The notes beneath the pieces are model-generated. The model saw only the letters and a program-made list of their open reading frames with translations, was not told the origin of the DNA and made no database searches. Positions 19,875 through 24,000 of a stretch of DNA of 24,000 bases are shown one piece after another. Positions within the stretch are counted from its first letter, which is position 1. The number at the start of each line of letters is the position of its first letter. Origin of the DNA: Nitrososphaeraceae archaeon (GTDB taxonomy: Archaea > Thermoproteota > Nitrososphaeria > Nitrososphaerales > Nitrososphaeraceae); contig DATDFS010000255.1 in the NCBI GenBank assembly GCA_036522495.1, positions 1-24,000 of the forward strand. The letters are read 5' to 3'. Position numbers and translations under genes: made by a program.

Positions 19875-19984
19875 GACAGCATTTCTACGCAAGGGGAATA
19901 TATCTCTGTCTCCTTTGCGTAAAGTAAAAAGGCCTATCATCCCTAATTAAGATCTCAAAAATAAAAGACGAGGCTGACAGCATT
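19872..19984. repeat. 12-bp direct repeat GCTGACAGCATT (19872-19883 and 19973-19984) bracketing an 89-bp hairpin-containing segment at the 5' end of the tRNA-Met gene
   Basis: Both copies read directly from the sequence. The first copy overlaps the first 3 nt of the tRNA. The enclosed segment contains an imperfect inverted repeat TACGCAAGGGG...CTCCTTTGCGTA and the ATATAT box about 25-30 nt upstream of the tRNA 5' end. Confidence 0.6.
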
Positions 19985-20913
19985 CAACTAAATATTCTTA
20001 TTTTAATTAATTACAATTATATCTGACAAAGCATAAGTAGTATAAGTTTTGCTTTATAATTGTTCAACATTGAATCAATCAAAAAACTGATAAATCGCGC
20101 AACAATAAAAAGATCTGCTTCTTTTATTGACACATCAGCCTTGTTTTGGGGTATTTTTTTGTTTTGGCATAATGTGATTCCAATATTTGCTCTCTAACAT
20201 GCATAAATCATACTTGCTATCTCCAATTGATACAGTTGATTTTAATGCAATTTTAAATTTCTTGGTATTCTTCTAGCGGATACCTTTTACAATACATCTT
20301 ATTTTTTCCATCCCAAAGGCATCTTAACGTTGCCGGTCAACTTTCCAGTTTGATCTAATTCCAAGTGTATCAGATTCACTAAAATCAAAGTCTAATTTTT
20401 CTGCTATATGATTCGTTGCAACAGTGTAACTATCACTAATTAGGAGACCAAAAAAATATACCTAATTTTTGTAGATCGTTATTTATCTGTCACGTCGTTT
20501 TGTAATGAATAACCAACAGATGTAATTGTACTTGGCCATCTCTAAGGTGAATGCATATCAGAGAAACGAGCCAATGGTTGATTTAATCAAAAAAAACAAA
20601 ATGTTACGTTGTAACATATAGACTGCATTAAAGAATAAGTCTTGATCCGAAATCTGACCAATATATCAGTCAGTCATTGTAAGATATCATTTCTATTGTT
20701 TCATCAATAAAAGTTGCCTATCTATATTCTTTATTTTACTTGTTATTTTATTACGTTTCTGTCAAGTAGATCAACATTTATACTTCCTATTATTTTTCTA
20801 CATTGACTATTTTACTTAATTCAATAGTAATCTAATAATACTCATTTTTATTGAAATGACCAAAATAAAATATAATGCGTTTGAGCTACCATATATTGGT
20901 TGGTTCAGTCAAA

Positions 20914-21735
20914 TCAATTCATCTCCATAATCTTATCAAATGCACTCTTCCAGCCCTCAGGTCCTATGCCCTTTAACCTTATGACATTTTTGATTTCAAG
21001 TTCCGACCATGAACTGTCTGGCTTTTGCACCACCATTGGAACATCCATAAGCTTTAACATTGAAGCATCATTTGCACTATCACCCACACCAAAGAACTTT
21101 ATTTGATTGCGATATTTCTTTCTAAATAAGTTTATGAGTATACTGACAGCCTTGCCCTTGTCCGTGCCCATTGTAACGTCAAAGAAGCGTCCTCCATGAA
21201 TTACTTTTATTCCCATCTTCTCAATGCTTGTTGTAAACGTAGGGAGATCACTTTTTTTTATTTGTAAAATAGTCTCACCGTACTCTCGTTCTGACATTCT
21301 TTTTGCATAATCTATTGGCATTGTTGCTAATCTACTCAATTCTTCAATCGAAACATCAGCAACGCCTTTGAATTCAATCTTGAGTTTCTTCTTGATTTCA
21401 CCTAGCTTTGTTCTTATTTCTCTTGTTGATTCGCCGAGTTCTATTATAATATACCCTTGTTCTTCTTTTATCCTGTTTTGTTCGATGTCAAACTGAAAGT
21501 CAAAGTAATTCTTGGGGATAATTATTGCGCCACCATTTTCCACAATAAATGGATCCATTAATCCTAGATCATCTCTTATTTTATTTTGTTCGGCGAAGGT
21601 TTTAGCAGAACAAAGAACTATAGGTACATTATTTTCTCTTAATGTATATATGAGCTTGTCACTTTCTCCATATTTTCCTGAAATCAAATCAATCAATGTA
21701 CCGTCTATATCCGTAAATACTACTTTTTGTAACAT
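20914..21735 (-). CDS. mpgP: HAD-IIB phosphatase of the mannosyl-3-phosphoglycerate phosphatase (MpgP/YedP) family
   Basis: VVFTDIDGTL (motif I), VLCSAKT (motif II), DKGKAV and GVGDSANDASML (motifs III/IV), and the C-terminal GIGPEGW motif shared with E. coli YedP by recall. The track ORF starts at 21771; the ATG at 21735 (MLQKVVFTDIDGTL) is preferred. Confidence 0.8.
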   Translation of the reverse strand: MLQKVVFTDIDGTLIDLISGKYGESDKLIYTLRENNVPIVLCSAKTFAEQNKIRDDLGLMDPFIVENGGAIIIPKNYFDFQFDIEQNRIKEEQGYIIIELGESTREIRTKLGEIKKKLKIEFKGVADVSIEELSRLATMPIDYAKRMSEREYGETILQIKKSDLPTFTTSIEKMGIKVIHGGRFFDVTMGTDKGKAVSILINLFRKKYRNQIKFFGVGDSANDASMLKLMDVPMVVQKPDSSWSELEIKNVIRLKGIGPEGWKSAFDKIMEMN

Positions 21736-22119
21736 GATCAACTTATCGTATATATGAATGTGGATCCTCAATAATATCAGTCAAGACAATGGGATCTTCC
21801 GCATACATCATTATTCCTGTTAATTCAGATTTAGAGACCTACTTAAAAGCATTGTTTACATCCTCCTTTGGATGCACGGTCAAGATGGTGCTACATTAAA
21901 GATTCAATATGAAGGCAGAATGCCAGATCTTAATGTTAGAGCAGATAGCATATCACATATTTGACCGTGATTACCAAGGTAATAAACAAAAGCTGAAAAA
22001 ACAGTATATATAACAAAAGAAAAAAATAGCATATAGATATTGACTTTTCCTGTGTTTTTCAGATGATGACAACAATGGTAATGATGATGTTGTTTTGAAA
22101 ATAAGCCTTTGACAGCATG

Positions 22120-22290
22120 TTATTCTTGATCTTCGTCCACTTCTATATTTGTCGAAGGGCTTGCTTTACAAGAATTTACCAACCATGAAACTACGAACTC
22201 TCCTTCAAATTCCATGCTTTGTAACACTACTACAGCATCTCTGACAGATGTAATATATGCAAGTAGGGGCTCGATTTTCTTTAACCGCAA
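22120..22290 (-). CDS. Possible 56-aa ORF (TTG start) just downstream of the tRNA-Leu(CAG) 3' end; function unknown
   Basis: Hand translation gives (M)RLKKIEPLLAYITSVRDAVVVLQSMEFEGEFVVSWLVNSCKASPSTNIEVDEDQE*. A stop codon lies immediately upstream of the TTG. The composition looks protein-like with an acidic tail, but there is no motif or ATG start. It may be a gene fragment. Confidence 0.25.
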   Translation of the reverse strand: MRLKKIEPLLAYITSVRDAVVVLQSMEFEGEFVVSWLVNSCKASPSTNIEVDEDQE

Positions 22291-22391
22291 TTAAGCAACA
22301 TAATTTATCACCTAAAACAATTTAGTTCAATGAGTAAGTCTTCACCTCACAATGGAGTATTCGTTCAAATTCTGTTTTAAAAGTTCCAAGA

Positions 22392-22523
22392 TGCGGGGGG
22401 TGGGATTCGAACCCACGAACCCCTGAGGGATGAGGTAACCCAGTCAAGTATCATAACATCTGAGCATCGCGCCGGACAAACCTGTCTGATCTCACGCCTT
22501 TGACCAGGCTTGGCAACCCCCGC
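22392..22523 (-). tRNA. tRNA-Leu (anticodon CAG) with two introns: 25 nt inside the anticodon stem (30/31) and 22 nt at canonical 37/38
   Basis: Minus strand: GCGGGGG TT GCCA AGCCTGGTCAA AGGC G TGAG[ATCAGACAGGTTTGTCCGGCGCGAT]G CTCAGA[TGTTATGATACTTGACTGGGTT]A CCTCA TCCCTCAGGGGTTC GTGGG TTCGAAT CCCAC CCCCCGC A. This parse gives a perfect TGAGG/CCTCA anticodon stem and a variable arm differing by 1 nt from that of tRNA-Leu(TAA). The mature length is 85 nt. The 3' 33 nt are identical to the other Leu gene. Exact intron borders are my best fit, not verified. Confidence 0.75.
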
Positions 22524-22697
22524 AATTGATTGCTATGACATGATACTACAATATATATCAATGATAAAATCATGACATACACATACTATAACAGAGTGCA
22601 AAAGAAGCCAAATTATTTTTATTTAGATAAACATGGATTTCATTAAATTATAGTAACTATGGCATAAATTTGTTATCGCTATTCAGACATGAATTGC

Positions 22698-23648
22698 CTA
22701 ATTTCCAGTATTATAATCCACTGCGGCATCATGACTTACCGTTTCAACACTATTGCCAACGAGTGAGACAAACACATCATCTAACGTTATGGGTGAAATT
22801 GTAAATGAGAGGCTTCTTTTTATTGCAAATTCTGATAATTCTCTAATAGTTGATTCAAAAGTCAAAAGTCGTATAGTATCAGTGCCGGTGTCTACTATCG
22901 AACCATATGATTTGAGTATATCAGTATCGATTCCATCCTTTGCAATATCTACCCTTATATTCTGTGGTATGAACCTTCGTAGATCGCGCATTGTACCCTG
23001 TGCCATCAAATGTCCATTATCTATTATCACAATATTGTCTGAAAGCATCTCAGCTTCATCCATATAATGCGTCGTTAATAGTATAGACCCACCCTGCTTT
23101 TTCCAATCCTTAATTGCTGACCAGACCTGACGTCTCGAGACCGGATCCAAACCAATTGTGGGTTCATCAAGAAATAGTAGTTGAGCGTTGGTAGCCATTG
23201 CCATTGCCACTAGGACCTTCTGTTTCATGCCGCCCGAAAGATTCATTGCAGGCCTGTCCTTTGCTTCATAAAGTTCAAGCTTATGCAATATTTTTTCGGT
23301 CTTTTCTCTAGCTGCCTTTTTATCTTCTCCTCTAATTTGTAACCAATTATATACGTGATCCCAAGGTGTAAGTGCTCTTAACGGCCTGCCTTCTTGTGGA
23401 ACTATAGAAACAATATTCCTTATTTTACTTGGCTCCTTTAAAATATCATACCCAAGGACATATACGGTTCCAGCGGAAGGCATTAACTGAGTAGCGCATA
23501 TACGTATAAAGGTGGTCTTACCGACACCATTTCTACCAAGAATTGTAAATATTTGCTTAGTTTCTACATTTAATGACACATTATTTAATGCAGAATATGT
23601 TGAACCTTTGTAGGCTTTTGAAACTCTAATTGCCTCGATTGCATGCAT
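22698..23648 (-). CDS. ABC transporter ATP-binding protein (ABC-2/DrrA-like export family)
   Basis: Walker A GRNGVGKTT, Q-loop VPQE, signature LSGGMKQKV, Walker B LLFLDEPTIGLD, H-loop TTHYMDEAE. A C-terminal extension of about 90 aa is typical of this subfamily. Confidence 0.9.
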   Translation of the reverse strand: MHAIEAIRVSKAYKGSTYSALNNVSLNVETKQIFTILGRNGVGKTTFIRICATQLMPSAGTVYVLGYDILKEPSKIRNIVSIVPQEGRPLRALTPWDHVYNWLQIRGEDKKAAREKTEKILHKLELYEAKDRPAMNLSGGMKQKVLVAMAMATNAQLLFLDEPTIGLDPVSRRQVWSAIKDWKKQGGSILLTTHYMDEAEMLSDNIVIIDNGHLMAQGTMRDLRRFIPQNIRVDIAKDGIDTDILKSYGSIVDTGTDTIRLLTFESTIRELSEFAIKRSLSFTISPITLDDVFVSLVGNSVETVSHDAAVDYNTGN

Positions 23649-24000
23649 GCCTGTAATTTATTATAATTAAGAATATATATTATGCATTAACGATGACGCC
23701 CTTTTGAATAGATATTAGATAGAAAGAAGTATATAAAATAATAACAAGGAGCCGTTAGATAGATAAAAAAGCATCGATCACTCCTTTGGAATATAGACTA
23801 TGATAATGTATTTGCACAATTTTTTATTCTCTCAAATTAGACCATTCTGCATAGATCCTTAACATGCTACGCCACAATTATTAAAGTTATCACTAAAAAA
23901 TTGGCTATAGCTATTAGAAATACAAAACATATTCTATTCATCTTAGAATAGATTATCATATCTCCAGTCACATAGTGGCATATCTATTAAAAACCTATTA

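Noticed and set aside
20641-20715. Minus-strand TGATGA ... ATGATA ... CTGACTGA arrangement reminiscent of a C/D box sRNA
   Set aside because: The box order and spacing do not fit the C-guide-D'-C'-guide-D pattern. There is no D' between the first two boxes, and no terminal stem.
20900-21757. Plus-strand ORFs 20900-21106 and 21512-21757
   Set aside because: They are antisense to the MpgP-family phosphatase gene.
22063-22098. 11-codon Met-rich mini-ORF MMTTMVMMMLF, considered as a leader peptide, and the ATGATGA repeats, considered as C/C' boxes
   Set aside because: No downstream gene lies on the plus strand for a leader to regulate. There are no CTGA D boxes at the right spacing. This is most likely an ATG-rich simple sequence.
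22753-23067. 104-aa plus-strand ORF
   Set aside because: It is antisense to the ABC ATPase gene.

Overview
This is an AT-rich archaeal chromosomal segment (mid-30s % GC by eye). It almost certainly comes from an ammonia-oxidising thaumarchaeon of the Nitrososphaerales type; a Nitrosocosmicus-like genome is an inference from the AmoA sequence, low GC and long spacers. Confident content: archaeal amoA, a two-subunit 2-oxoacid:ferredoxin oxidoreductase, pdxS-pdxT, a stand-alone receiver-domain protein, an HtrA/DegP protease, a threonine-synthase-family enzyme followed by a MoaD/ThiS-like + E1 (MoeB/ThiF) fusion protein, hisI, tiaS, an MpgP/YedP-family HAD phosphatase, an ABC ATPase and four tRNA genes. 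Three of the four tRNAs need two inserts (introns) each to fold. Summing my calls, only about 60% of the window is coding or RNA. The spacers hold decayed genes: an IS6-like transposase remnant between a candidate amoX and amoA, and a multiply frameshifted MEDS-like pseudogene after the receiver gene. They also hold a few sub-60-codon ORFs that the supplied ORF track cannot show. I found no CRISPR array, rRNA or recognisable defence or toxin module. The most system-like candidate is the ThrC-like / Ubl-E1-extra-domain pair at 14398-17006. It looks like a protein-thiocarboxylate sulfur-transfer module whose carrier is fused to its own activating enzyme. Second is a GC-rich island encoding a 51-aa protein with 9 cysteines upstream of the oxidoreductase. 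All product calls come from motif reading and recall, not from searches.
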